Assembly: GCF_035084215.1 (NCBI RefSeq)
Contig: NC_090352.1
Span: forward strand, 8,370,001-8,434,000
DNA length: 64,000 nucleotides
DNA from: Heptranchias perlo
Taxonomy: Eukaryota
Reading direction: 5' to 3'
Shown: piece after piece, positions 1 through 13,210 of the stretch
Numbering within the stretch: position 1 is the first letter of the stretch
Layout of the letters: each line of letters starts with the position of its first letter
Notes under the pieces: generated by a model
What the model was told of the DNA's origin: nothing
Databases searched by the model: none
The model's input: only the letters and a program-made list of their open reading frames with translations
Program-made: the position numbers and the translations under genes

Positions 1-139
1 GTCCCGCAAACTGCAGTGGTGGTGGTTGAGGGATCTTGCATAGACCACATTAGTTGATTTCCTGGAATTCTTCCAGTCTTCATCGCATTGGAGCATGGTT
101 TTTCTTTACAAATGTGGCAAATTGGGCTAGTACTGGAGT

Positions 140-755
140 ATAAGACATAAGAACATAAGAAAAAGGAGCAGGAGTAGGCCATACAGCCCCACAAGCCTGC
201 TTCGCCATTCAATATGGTCATGGCTGATTATCTACCTCAAATCCACATTCCTGCTTTATCCCCATATCCCTTGATTCCCTTAGTGTCTCTGGAGTAGAGA
301 ATTCTAATGATTCACAACCCTCTGAGTGAAGAAATTTTTCCTCATCTCGGTCCTAAATGGCCGACCCCTTATCTTGAGACTATGACCCCTAGTTCTAGAC
401 TCTCCAGCCAGTGAAAAAAGCCTCTCATCAACTATCCTGTCAAGTCCTCTAAGAATTTTATACGTTTCAATGAGATCACCTCTCATTTTTCTAAACTCCA
501 GAGAATATAGGCCCATTCTAATCAATCTCTCCTGATAGGACAACCCTCTCATCCCAGGAATCAATCTAGTGAACCTTTGTTGCACCCCCTCTGAGGCAAG
601 TATATCCTTCCTTGGGTAAGGAGACCAAAACTGTACACAGTACTCCAGGTGTGGCCTCACCAGAACCCTATATAATTGCAGCAACACCTCCTTACTCATA
701 CTCCAATCCCTTTGCAATAAATGCAAACATTCCATTTGCCTTCCTAATTGTTTGC
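140..755 (-). mobile_element. CR1 LINE 3' fragment
   Basis: ORF 304-735 VRPHLEYCVQFWSP...RGDLIETYKI...FFTQRVV; (TTCTTATG)n-type tail at ~143-160. Confidence 0.9.
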
Positions 756-1589
756 TAGACGTGCAAGTTAGACAACTAGTATTTATAATGTACAGTTCAT
801 CTGAAATTCATCAACCTTTCTCCAGCAGTTGGAATAGTCCCTTCAGCACTGGCATGGTGAATGATAACTGTGAAGACTTCTCATATCCCTTCATGAGTGT
901 TTTGCGTAAGGTATTTAAGAGATGCATAAGCCAAATGTTCGAAGTTCTTTAGTTCTCGCTAGATTTGAACATTATTCAAACAAAAGCATCTGCAGATGAA
1001 CCCTGCTTTTATCTGCTTAATTTCATTGAGGAAGGAAAAGGAATGAATTTTAATGACATTACCAAACAGAAGAACAATAAAATAACACTTCAAAGCTTTA
1101 GGATTGTCCATGCCACTTCAACACACAACTTCAATGAAACCATACTTGAATCTGGCATTACACAGTGGTGAAATTCACGTTTAACAATTGCTGATTTTCT
1201 GAATTGAATGATGGGACTGATTTTATGTAGTTTAATCTCATTAATATATGACCTGACCTTTACACTTAGAGCCTCAGAATATCTAGAGCTCGTTTCCCCA
1301 GAATGGAAGCTCCTTTTAAAGTAAACAGCCATCAGCTTCCAACCCTTGTTTGGAAGATTACTGCTTTTTTTAAAAAAATAACAAAAATAAAGCAGCACAA
1401 TATTTTGCAATTTTGACAGTGGATTTCCGGAAATTATCAACATGTAATCCGAAAGTAGATCAAGCATACAGGTGCACTGAGACTCTGTGGATCCAACAGT
1501 TGTACTTCACCACGTGACAAATTACTGAGGAAGAGAAGAACCCAAACACTCCTGAATGAGTCCATGGGGATGGATGCAGCAGACCTGCA

Positions 1590-1652
1590 ACACATAAGAA
1601 CATAAGAAATAGGAGCAGGAGTAGGCCAATCGGCCCCTCGAGCCTGCTCCGC
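1590..1652 (-). mobile_element. Very short CR1 3' tail
   Basis: acataagaacataagaaataggagcaggagtaggcc, the same tail as at 145 and 13418. Confidence 0.75.
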
Positions 1653-2231
1653 ACAGCTAATCAGGTTAGGATAGCATGCTAACCTGGGTTGTGGGGCGGT
1701 GGGTGGGGGCATTGTTTGCTAGCTAAAGGGCCGCATAGCCCCAGGTAGTTGCGAAATCAGATTGGGACATTTTCAGAAGCTGGTTTGCTTCTCCTGGTCA
1801 TGGAGCAAATACAGGCTGCTGCAGGAGTCCAGAGCTCATACCAAAATCCATGGCATTCATTGTTGCTTGGCAGATTGTCGTGATTGAGTTCAATATCACT
1901 TCCATCGAGATATTTTGGAGGGAACAGGAAGAGGAACTGATAGAATCTCTGAATGGAACCAGTGGAACATACATGCTGTGTTACGATGGTTACGAAAAGC
2001 AGGATTCTAAGAGCACCCCTGTGCTGCCTCAGTTCTTGCATTGATTACTTGCAAAATATTCTCCTCCCACCTGGAACTTGGGTCAGGGGCCATCCATTGC
2101 ATGTGTTTACAGAAGCATCACTTGGATCCTGGAGTTTTGAGAGGGTTTTCCTCTTCATTTTATAAACATACCTCCGAGATTCTGTTCGGTGATCAAATTG
2201 GATTCTGCAAGTTGTTCAGTCAGGTTAATCA

Positions 2232-2358
2232 AAAGCAAAATGCTGCAGATGCTAGAAATTTGAAATGATAAAAGAAAATGCTGGAAATACTCCAAGTCAG
2301 GCAGCATCTGTGGAGAAAGAAACAGAGTTAATGTTTCAGGTTGAAGACCTTTCGTCAG
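2232..2358 (-). mobile_element. Penelope-like terminal fragment (family B) with degenerate hammerhead core
   Basis: Minus strand CTGACGA-AAGGTCTTCAACCT-GAAACATTAAC; homologous to 48901-49026. Confidence 0.6.
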
Positions 2359-2724
2359 GTTAATGGTGTTCTCAGCTGAGGTAGACAAACTGCTAGAATT
2401 AGTGCTGGAGTCCATTCCAGGTCTTAATCCCAAAAAGTTAGGAGAACTTTGTCCCAGAATTTTAAGGTCCTAGCATGATTCTCTTAAAATGGAAATATTC
2501 AAAATGGCCACGCTACCAGAGAATCTGTAGCTGTATTCCCAGGGCACTAGATAGGTGTCATAGTACAAAAAGATGAATAGTTCCATACAGAAATTGCCCT
2601 TGAAACCTCTGGAGGCATTCTCAAATGACATTATGGAATCTTGTACCTTTTCAGATTATAACAGCTAACCAGTCCACTGGCCATATGGCCTGGATGGCTG
2701 TGGTAGCGTGGTCTTCCTTCGTTC

Positions 2725-3440
2725 AAGACCTTGGTTGGGCCTCCATTAGAATACTGTGTCCAGGTTTGGTCTTCTCACATGGTTGGGGGTATTGAGGCTC
2801 TTGAAAGGATGCAGAGGAGGGCCACAAGATTGATTCCCAGTGTAAACCACCTTAATTACCCAGATAGGCTCAAAGTGTTGGGTCTGTATATTTTAGAGAA
2901 GCGTAGACTGCGGAGTGATTTGATCATGGCTTATAAAATAATGAAGGGGCTAATTGTGTTTATGTGGGCCAATTATTTCAACTGAATAGGGTAGGGAGGA
3001 CCAAAGATCACACTTACAAGTTATGTAAGGCCAGAACTAGATTGGATGTTAGGCGGTTCTTTTCCCAGAGAATAGTGGACCTGTGGAACAGGTTGGTTTG
3101 TGTGGTGAATGCTGATTCGCTTTATTCCTTCAAGAGGGAGCTGGACCTGCTTTTTGCTGGTGTGGAGATCTCCTCGTACAAGAAGTAGGTGTCCTGTAAT
3201 ATTAATTAGGGTCTATGTGATCTTCTGGACTAGTTTCGATCACTTAAAGGATTCGGAGATATATTTTCCAGATTCTTTCCCTAATTGGCCTGGGTTTTTG
3301 TCTTTTTTTGCCTCTCCCAGGAGATTATATGGCTGTGGGTGGGGAGTGTCTGTATTATGAGGCACTGGGCATCACAATTATATGGGTCAGGTTAGATGGA
3401 CCAATGGGCCTTTTCCTGTCTGTCATTTTCATATATTCAT
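2725..3440 (+). mobile_element. Older CR1 LINE 3' fragment
   Basis: ORFs 2731 (PPLEYCVQVWS, RRLRSDLI) and 2964 (FFSQRIVDLWN) with a frameshift. Confidence 0.85.
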
Positions 3441-3825
3441 ATTCAGCCCTTCCATGATTTACTTTCAACAGGCAAAGTTATGAGTACATGGTGCACTCCT
3501 TCAGCCTTTCCTTAGAACCATGTGATCAGTTGTATTCTTGGGAGAATTTTGTAATGTACTTGTCATGTTTGTGTGCTTATAAGCACCAGTTACTGTACTG
3601 CCGCTACCCATTTGTAATGATATAATTTGGGTTATGTGAATGATGGATTGTAGTATCTTGTTTTCATAGCTAAACTGCCAGCCAAATTTATTGTTTTAAG
3701 TAAGTTATGTAATAAATTAGTAAAAATCCTGCAGTGCCAAATCAATTTGCTTTATACATGAGATAATGTATAGCTTTTTAAAAAAAAATGGATTTCACAG
3801 TCTGCACTAGAGTAATTTGAACAGT

Positions 3826-3989
3826 CTCTTAAAATGTTCAATGCTGTTTTTCAAAACCTAATGTTTGGGCCTTGTAGGTTATAATTATAGTGCTTGTAGT
3901 TATATATAGATGAACCGAAACACTAAAATTATTAACCTACAAGACCCAAACATTAGTTTTTGAAAAACAGCATTGCACATTTTAAGAGG
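3826..3989. repeat. Foldback / MITE-like inverted repeat
   Basis: ctcttaaaatgttcaatgctgtttttcaaaacctaatgtttgggccttgtaggtt pairs with aacctacaagacccaaacattagtttttgaaaaacagcattgcacattttaagag. Confidence 0.75.
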
Positions 3990-4688
3990 TTCAAATGTAT
4001 GTGTATATTATGTATAGAAAAATTTTACTTGATGCCACTTGCCACAAGTATAAAATAATAATTGAATATTATTTTGTACTTGTCTGCCTCTTCACAAACT
4101 TGAGCTCAAAAGTGACGTTATCCTACAAGCTTGCACGTACTTCTGGTGTGATCACCTAGCCAAGTCTCTGGTGTGGCCTCAGTCGAGGTTTTAGTAACCG
4201 GAAGATGAAGTACAAAGGCTATTCAAGAGCTGAAGCCAGAATGCGAGCTAAGTATAGAGGAGATCTCCACCCTACTTTTGAGAAGAGAGGAATGCATCCC
4301 AATAATTTATTCATAAATGCAAGTATTCTGAACCTTGCCCTGCTGTATTATGAAGAGTTTCAGTCTTGCCTTGTTTAGAGATATGTGTTTCTCTTTCACT
4401 TCGTGAATTAGCAGTAATCCAACTCTGTTTACTGACTATTTGCCATGCAGCTTTCTGCAGAATTTGCATGAAATTGACCAGTGAAATGTAATGTAACCCC
4501 ACAACTTTGTGCAAATTTACCTAAATGAAAGAGTATTTAGAATACACATAATATAAAAGGCAAGCAATATTTTTAGCTTATTTAAAATTAAATGTTTGAA
4601 GTTATGAAATTTAATTTTTTTTACACTAAGTTCGGCATTAAAACAACTAGTTTCATGATATATTTGGATTGTTAACACAGGTACAACA

Positions 4689-5044
4689 TTACAAACTGGA
4701 TTCTTATTATCCCAGGCACACTGTTACAAACTGGATTCTTATTATCCCAGGCACACTGTTACAAACTGGATTCTTATTATCCCAGGCACACTGTTACAAA
4801 CTGGATTCTTATTATCCCAGGCACACTGTTACAAACTGGATTCTTATTATCCCAGGCACACGGTTACAAACTGGATTCTTATTATCCCAGGCACACTGTT
4901 ACAAACTGGATTCTTATTATCCCAGGCACACTGTTACAAACTGGATTCTTATTATCCCAGGCACACTGTTACAAACTGGATTCTTATTATCCCAGGCACA
5001 CGGTTACAAACTGGATTCTTATTATCCCAGGCGCACTTACAAAA
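4689..5044. repeat. 35-bp minisatellite, about 10 copies
   Basis: Unit acaaactggattcttattatcccaggcacactgtt starting at 4691, 4726, ... 5006; near-identical, no spacers. Confidence 0.97.
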
Positions 5045-5664
5045 TGTTGGGAGAAAAAAATTAAAGAGCAAATTTCAGTTTTTAAGTTATTGAGCCTCAG
5101 TGAGCAAAGGAGCTAAATTAATGTAATGATGGGAGACAGTGAAGAAAATGCAGCAACTCATAATGTCACAAAAATGAAATTCTAGTGGCAGAATATTACT
5201 AGATCAACAGTCTGACTTTTACAGGCTATGCAATCTGGAAAGCTTTGATCATACTACATATTGTCCAACTGAAATGTTAATTTTGTCCTTAGGAAACTTG
5301 GACATATGTTTAGGTCCATTGCTAATTTGAATTTGTCCTTGAGGATTACTTATTGCCATTCTTCTAACTAAATTGTATACAGTATGCACCTACAACAATT
5401 ATGGAAACCTCTGGCCCATGTGATCCCAGATCAATTGGAAAGAATAACTGATGTAAGTCTAATATGTCACATTGTGCCATAGGCAATCTGTGAAATAGGA
5501 TTAGGCTACAATTCAATGATGATATGCAGCAGGATGCTCTCTTTACTCCCTCCTCCCCCTTTAAATGGTAGCCTTTGTTGAGTAGCAGTAATGCTACTGT
5601 GCTAGAAACAAAAATCATTGATGTTCATAAAATGGCCAGTTTCAGTTGGCAGATTTTGGTTGTG

Positions 5665-5990
5665 TTTTTTAAATTCACTCTTGGGATGTGGGTGTCACCG
5701 GCATTTGTTGCCCACACCTAACAATTGAGTGGCTTGCTAGGCCACTTCAGAGAGTAGTTACGAGTCAACCACATTGGTGTGGGTCTGGGGACCAGGTAAG
5801 AACAGTAGGACATGAGGGGACCAGTTGGATTTTTACAACAATCTAATAGCTTCACGGTCATTTTTTTTACTGATGCCAGCTTTTTATTTCCAGATTTTTT
5901 TATTAACGCTATTCAAATTTTCAAACTGCTATGACAGGATTTGAACTCTCGTTTTCTGGATTACTAGTCTAGTAATATAACCACTAGTCC
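5665..5990 (-). mobile_element. tRNA-derived SINE with 3' tail of the poly(A) LINE family
   Basis: Tail gggatgtgggtgtcaccggcatttgttgccca resembles the LINE tail at 17468; B-box-like ggatttgaact at ~5937 (minus GTTCAAATCC). Confidence 0.55.
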
Positions 5991-8900
5991 AGTGCACTGC
6001 TGCCTCTTGTGGTGCCCCCATTGCTATGCTGGCTGAAATCAGTCACACATGTTTTATACTGTGTATGAATTTTTGGGTCAGTGGAAGTTTAGTGGACATG
6101 GTCATTTCTTTTGGAGTAGTTAGACACAATAAACTGTTTATCATGTTTTTAAAAAAAATCTAATGCTAAAACTATTGATTGAAATATTGAGATTTTTTTT
6201 AAAATTCTCATTATTGACCATGCTGTAAGAATAGTAATAACTGGATCACTAATCCAGTTTTAACCTGATCATCCCTAGGATTGTTTTTAACATTCATAAT
6301 CGTTCTGATTTATATGCTAATTAAGACCAATGCCTGGCCAAAGAGGAAGAAATTGAAACCTTGGAGGGTGCCTCACAAACTATGAAGCTTGCAAATTCTT
6401 TGGGTTGCAGGGAACTGAACTGCCATATTTGCATACTGTAGGAGGGAAATGAGACAACATGCCCTAGCTAAATCTGATAAACCTTCCAACACAATGATTC
6501 ATTTGGTGTTGTGCAATGTGAGAACCACAATCTGAGCATGTGCAGTAGAGGAACTGGGACACATACCATGCTTGGAGGATTGAAAATAATTGTGATCATC
6601 ATCTGGCTTCAATAATTGTAGCAATTTTATTTTTGCATCAAACCCCCTCTAGAGAGGTACAGAATCAGTCTTTTGTACGCTATACAAGAGCTCTGATACT
6701 TTATGTTCTTCTTCTGATCACAACTGCCCCATGCTACTGGAGTGGATTGGCACGGGGCCACGACCATGTGAAAGAACACTAATAAAAGGCTGACTTTTTT
6801 TTAAGATGTTTTGTGATTTCAGAGGTGTCTCCCAGTAAACCCACTCCCACACAGCAGATAAGGTGTGGCCCTGCCTTATAGTGTCAGTGTGTTTTTCCCA
6901 CCACAGGAAAAGTGTTAATACTCCAATCGTTTTTCAAAAAAAACATTGTGGTACTGCTGGTTCCAAATCTTCAATTCTGCTATGTTTCTTGTTCATAATT
7001 CTTCTTAAAATTTAATTGCTTCAAAATCATATATATGTATTCATGCTTGACAACCCTTCAAGCACTGTGAAGTGTTCTCTTGGCTTCACCATGGCTGGTG
7101 GCCACAACTGATGTCTTTGTTGCCTTGGATAAAGGACAACATAGGTACATGTGACATCTGCCTTGGCTTTTTGGCCAAGTACCAAGTGGGATCAGCTTCA
7201 AAGATTGCAGGAGATCCTGCATAACAAAAATGGAGGAAAAGTTCTGCACTGCATTTAGCTATCTTTGTACTTTTAAAAAAAAATGTATTTCTTGTTGGAA
7301 TCAGTGTGGTATTTAGTTTTTATTTAGTGTTCTTATGCATCATTGTTATTTAAATATTTGTAATCCATTTCAGTTGACTCCTCTCTAAATAAATGGGGGA
7401 AAAATTGGTAATTTTTCAATGAATTGGCTGTTCCTCTCAGTACCAACTAACATCACATGAGTCTCAAGCAATGGTGGATCCATATCCCTGACTGCACTGA
7501 CCAACACGTCCACTGCCCCAACCATTGCTGTACCACATACTCTCATATCTGTGTCTAGTGAGTCCAAGGGTCATTGTCTCATATGCAATAGGCAGTTCAC
7601 TACTGTGAATAGCCACAGCAAATGCCTGCACTGCCTATTCTTCAGGTATGATATGTCAGGATGTCAAATCTGCCTCAGTTTTTGGGCTTGTTTGTCTGGG
7701 CATAACTAAGTGTGGAATAATGCAGGAGAAAATTGAGAGGGGGGAAAAATGAGGTGGGTGGGGGGGGGGGGGGGGGGAAGTCCAGAAAGGCTTGCTGGTT
7801 TCACCACCCCAGCTACCCAAAAGTCTTTACTAATGCTTTTGCCATGTTTCGTTGTCTGATCTCACCAACATAGATTCTTTTCAGGCGTCGATCAGTTGGC
7901 ACTGTTCAGAGGTCAGCTACAATGACTTGTTTGTCAGCTGGTGACCCAGTGGTACAGGTCAATACTTGACTGGCTTCTTAAACATTTATTTAAAGAAGGA
8001 GCCATTGACTTTAACCAGAATCTCCCTCAACAGCATTGGCAGGTACTGATCCTGGTCACGATGGCACAGCTTATTTTTCCCAGTCATTCATGTTTACTAC
8101 TTCCATGGACTGGATGGGGGTGGGGAATAATATCCTTCGGAGCACTAGCTCAGAATGCTTAGACTCCTGCTTTGGGGCTTCCTTTGAGGGTGGTCTCGTA
8201 GAGCATACGGGTAGTCCCACATGAGCCCTTTTGAGATTCCATTGGACTGGGTGTCATCAACAGACAACCCATTGCCTCAGTATAGAACTGACCTCTCTTA
8301 TCTGTTGCTTTTTCTGACCTAGCGTCACCTATCCATTCCTCCATCTCACAGGGGAACCAGTTGGGAAGCTGCTTGCAGCTCTTTGTGACTCACTAGGAGA
8401 GGATCTCAATCAAAGCTTGATGTCTTGGTGATCTTCAGCAAAGGGGTATGCTGTTTACTTTGGGCTGAACCGCTGCTATTTTGTAAAATTATCCAATCAC
8501 AATATTTGAGTCCCTCATCTGGTGGATGAACTAATGGCATAAACTAACAGTTTTCTTCAATGAACCCATTTGATTGTTACACATTAATCTCCAGAAAGAG
8601 ATGTCTTTTAATAGTTTGAACTATTTTGTGGTTGCCAGAAAGTCAGGAAGATATTGTCCTGTTTTGGATCATCTCAGCATTTTTACTCCTCAAGCAGGAA
8701 AATTGAAGTGCAATGATTCAGGCATCAATGTGCAAGTTGGATCATATACTGAAAAAGACAGCAGGAATAGATCTAGTCTGAAATAATCTCATCAGCAGCT
8801 GAATGTTGGGGTTGACAAAGATAGCTGCTTTGTTCAATTAAAGAACACCTAGGTATTGCTCTGAACTTTGTGTCCTCTTGCACAGAGAAGATAACCATCT

Positions 8901-9899
8901 AGGGACAGGAAGATGTTTCCCGGGACAGGAAGATGTTTCCCAGGACCGTCTGAAACAAGGCAACCAAGTTTGAGCCAAGACCACTTGTTGTTGACAGTGA
9001 ACTTGAGCTCCTCATAGTTGCCTGAGCAAACACTCAGTAGGGACCTCTTACCAGTCATTTAAGTCTGGATCGATGTGTAAAGGCTGCGGTGATAAATAGA
9101 AATTTTGTAAAGCCTCGGGGAATGGAGGAAAAGTTGAAGTGGTGCCCTATACTTGTGATAACATGGTCGCCCAGGTTTCTGTATGCCTTTTTGCTGTGTC
9201 CCCTGATTTAAGGATGCTGCAGAAGGTATGAGCAGAGAGAGCGAAGATGATTCTGTTACTCCTTAGTAGATGTGAAAGATATGGCTGTGGACATTCTAGC
9301 ATAGAAGTGTGTATATTGTAGCAATTCCAGTATTCCATGACTCACTTGAATCTGATTCATTAGACAATGCTCCTTGGTCTCCTGTTCTTTTGAAGGCTAT
9401 TTGGAAATAAGGCCAACACCATCCCAAATGGGGGCCTCTGTTTCATTTTGCATAAATTATTTTACCCTCCTTTTGAACCTTTTTAAGTGCAAGGTTCTGT
9501 AATGGAGGACTGCATTTTTTGATTGCCCTGATTTCAGCTCAGAGTTGGTGGGTTCCATGTTCTGTTAATCAATAAAATTTACTTAATTGCCACTGAATAG
9601 TTTTTGGGATGCACCTGGATTTCCTGCTAAGGACAATTTTCCCCCTTTCATCTGGGTCGGGATTTCCACAAGTCAGATTTGCAGTATTGTTGGGTACTTG
9701 TAGAGCCCTATGTTGCACAGCTTCATCAAACTCAATAATTATTCTTTTCAGTCAATCCCAAGACCAGAGGCAGTCCATATGTAAAAGGACAGTCAGGAAA
9801 GCCAATGGCACAATCAAAGGTCACTTGATTGGTCACACATGTTCCATAGTGGCTTCATAGATGTAATTGAAACAAGTAACCATGGATATTTGTAAAGCA

Positions 9900-10820
9900 A
9901 TGCATGGAGTAAGCCCTCTACCCAATACATTCACACAACATTTCTGGTTACATTTTAGCAGTCATGTATGATACCACCATTGGTAAGTGTATGCAGGTGG
10001 CTGGTGTCTCTGCTCCCCTGCAAAGGCCTTTCTCCTTTTTGTTCTAGTGCTCCTAGTTAGTTTCTAGTAATGTGTGGCGAATGCTGAATGAGAGAAAGAG
10101 AGATTGCCTATAAAGATATGCAATCTCTCTCTTTCTCCCTCATTCTCCAAATGATGCATCCTCCATAAACTGTGCTCTCTCAGGCCTTGTTGGGGGATAA
10201 TTTTTTTTAGTTCACCTTACAAGTCAAAATGAATTGTCACTTCAATATATGTCCAAAATGTTTATATGACATGGGAAAGACCAAATGGGTTGGTACTGCT
10301 TGACATCAGTGCATACCTTTTAATACCTTGGCTCGTAATATTTTCAACAAGTCTCTTGCATGGCACTTTTTTATTAAATGTTTTATGAAAGTCCAAATAT
10401 ACCCCATCCAGAAAATTTCCTTTGTTTATATGCTTAGTAACCTTTGTTACAATTCAGAACTTTTCCCTACACAGCCACGTGACCTTCGCAGAGAGGCAGT
10501 TTCCATAAGCAGAACCTGCAAACCTTACACTATCCTATTTATGGGATGCAACGGTCACCCCTTAATTATATTGTAACTCATTGGAGATTCTGAAAGGTGG
10601 TAAATACTACACTGTCAAACTATTGTGTTCAGACTAAAACTAATAGATTTAATTGAAAGAAATTGCAAAGCATGCATGGAGTAACATTTCTGGTTACATT
10701 TTAGCAGTCATGTATGATACTACTATTGGTAAGTGTATGCAGGTGGCTGGTGTCTCTGCTCTCCTGCAAAGGCCTTTTTCCTCTTTGTTCTAGTGCTCCT
10801 AGTTTGTCTCTAGTAATATG
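9900..10820 (+). repeat. Pair of ~140-170 bp direct repeats (about 9900-10073 and 10672-10820)
   Basis: acatttctggttacattttagcagtcatgtatgatac...ctagtgctcctagt is repeated at offset 746 with few substitutions. Confidence 0.9.
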
Positions 10821-10829
10821 TAGAATGCA

Positions 10830-11205
10830 TTTGAAAGAAATTACATTTATATTGTACCTTATTGTGTCTTCATGATATCCCAAAGCAATTCAGGTTCAAT
10901 GGATTACTTTTGAAGTATAATGACAGTTGTTATGCAGTCAATTTACATATACTAAGATTCCACAAACAGAAAGTAAGATGAATAACTAGGTCAAACCTGT
11001 GCTTCGAGTAGGACCATGTAATATACCTGAACCACTGGAGCAACAGGTCCTCAGTTCAATGTGCTATCCGAAAGGTGGCACTTCTGACAATGCAGTATTC
11101 CCTCAAATGCACGGAAGTGCCCAAATTATGTGCTCAAGTCACGGAGAAGTACTTGAATCCACAATCTTTTGACTCGGAGAGTGTTTTCAAGTGAGCTAAG
11201 CTGAT
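10830..11205 (-). mobile_element. DeuSINE/SacSINE1-like SINE, diverged
   Basis: atccgaaaggtggcacttctgacaatgcag...ttatgtgctcaagtc...cttgaatccacaatc, homologous to the other copies. Confidence 0.65.
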
Positions 11206-12269
11206 ACAAGTAAGATCAAACTCAAATAGAAAGTCAGAACAAGATGCTGATGGTACAGATACTTAGAAAACAATAAGAGACTCTGACCTCAATGGGTCAA
11301 AATACCATCTTTATCGGACTGTGCAAGAATATATCCTAATCGGCAAGGGTTATGGAGAAAATAGTATTTTGTAAATTTCTTGATGCAATGTTTATGTTTA
11401 TGTGAGCCCAAATGAGCCCAGCCGTCAGCTAGAACTGAAACTGAACTAAGGAGAGACCTTTCATAGTGCAGGTGTTAATATTGCAACATCAACTATCATC
11501 CTCTCAAGCATAGCCCCTAATGAGTCAGCCATTAAAGAAAATTACTTTGTCTATTTTTCCCAGTCTTCAGACTTGCATGCATTAAACAAAGACTACCTAG
11601 CCACTAAGTAAACTTTTACCTCATTAGTTTGAGGCAGTGGCACTAACGAGGAAGGTTGGCAGCCTCTCATTTTAAAAACTGGGGATGAATCAGGACAGTT
11701 TTTTGTATTTGCCACTTCCCTGACACAGAGACATACAACTAGCTAAAGCCAACTTTTAGTTCACCGTTACCCTGTCCATTGAAAGTCATATAAGATGATA
11801 CAACACATATATGACAACGTCCTTGAAAAATGTGATTGTTGGCCAAGCACGACTTGAACTTTACAAATCCTTGTCGACTGTCCTAATTAGCCCATATCTT
11901 TCTAAGTGTTAACGTTATCCCTTATTGTGGTGTTTAGCAGTTTTCTGACTGCCACCATTGAACGAACTGATTTATTGTTACCTGGCTTGTCCTTTCCCCA
12001 TTTTGAACAGTGGTATAACATTTGCTATCCTTCAGTTACTGTTTCCCCAAAAAATTGGAAAATTATGGTCAGTACCTCCCTCAGTATTCTGGAGTGTAGA
12101 GTATTTGGGTTTAGTGACTTGCTAACTTTAAGTTCAATTAACCATTTTAAAATAGCTTCCTTTTTAATTAAGTATCTATTATTGTTGCTTCCTCTCTCTC
12201 CTCGTTTGCTTCTCCTGCAGTCCTTCCTTCACCTTACTCTAAATGGAGGTGAATAGTTGCCAGCACTTT

Positions 12270-12672
12270 GTTCTCCACTCCACTCCAGAGACTTCAGTAC
12301 ATAACCTAGGCTGATACTTCGGTGCAGTTCTGAGGGCCTCAGTCCTGCACCGTAGGAGGTGCCACCTTCGGACAAGACCAAGGCCCTGTCTGCCTGCTCA
12401 GGTGGATGTAAAAGATCTCATGCCACTATTTGAAGAAGAGCAGGGGAATTCTCCAGGTGTCCTGGCCAACATTCGTCTCTCAACACCATCAAAATAGATC
12501 ATCTGGCCATTTATCTCATGGACATTTGCACGGCCTTGCTGAGTGTAAATTGATGCTGCATTTCCCTAAATTATGGCAGTGACTACACTTCAAAAGTACT
12601 TCATTGGCTTTAAAGGGCTTTGGGACATCCTGAGGTTGTGAAAGGTACCATATAAATGCCAATTCTTTCCCT
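12270..12672 (+). mobile_element. DeuSINE/SacSINE1-like SINE
   Basis: ggtggatgtaaaagatctcatgccactatttgaagaagagcagggg...gtgtcctggcc core; tail aaaggtaccatataaatgc. Confidence 0.75.
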
Positions 12673-13210
12673 TTGTTTCTGGTGAAGCATTTTTGTCTAA
12701 TTTTAGCTTGATGATGATTCCTTTTAATTCATTCGCAATACATAAGGAGTTTAAAAAGCCAGCTGCATTCTCCTTGTGTTCCAGCATAACTCAGTGCAGT
12801 GCTGCAAGGACTAATGGTCAATTTCTTCTCTGCATATAGCTCGAGGGAGGATTCAAACCACAAAATTGAAACAGAAATGTGTTGTGATTTGTTTAGTCAT
12901 GTTCATGACTGCCAGCTTCTTTTGAAATTAGGTAATAGGTCGCAACATTCCAGATCAAAGTGCATTGAAAACTCTTGTAAGACTGCACCTATGGCAAAAT
13001 CCATTGTAAATGTGCTAACATCCACCAGCAGTATCAGTTATACCTGTGGTTGGTCCTGTAACAGACCTGCATAATTATAAATGACCTGTCACGGTAATGT
13101 TAGATCAAAAATGAGATGTTGCTGCTGTTCTGTTGTGCGATCCCGAGCCACTGGATGACTGTGCACCAGAATGATATTTCACTTTGAAGTTGCTGGTTAG
13201 GAACAGTAAT

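Noticed and set aside
1700-2230. Coding-like stretch with several short ORFs
   Set aside because: No recognisable motif or JmjC similarity; probably a decayed repeat.
4105-4260. CRE-like TGACGT and ETS-like CCGGAAG motifs next to an ATG, as a possible promoter or first exon
   Set aside because: No CpG island, and the only nearby donor is weak and out of phase with the CXXC exon.
4669-5064. 131-aa ORF and CRISPR-like 35-bp periodicity
   Set aside because: It is a pure tandem repeat with no unique spacers, there are no cas genes, the context is vertebrate, and the ORF is a by-product.
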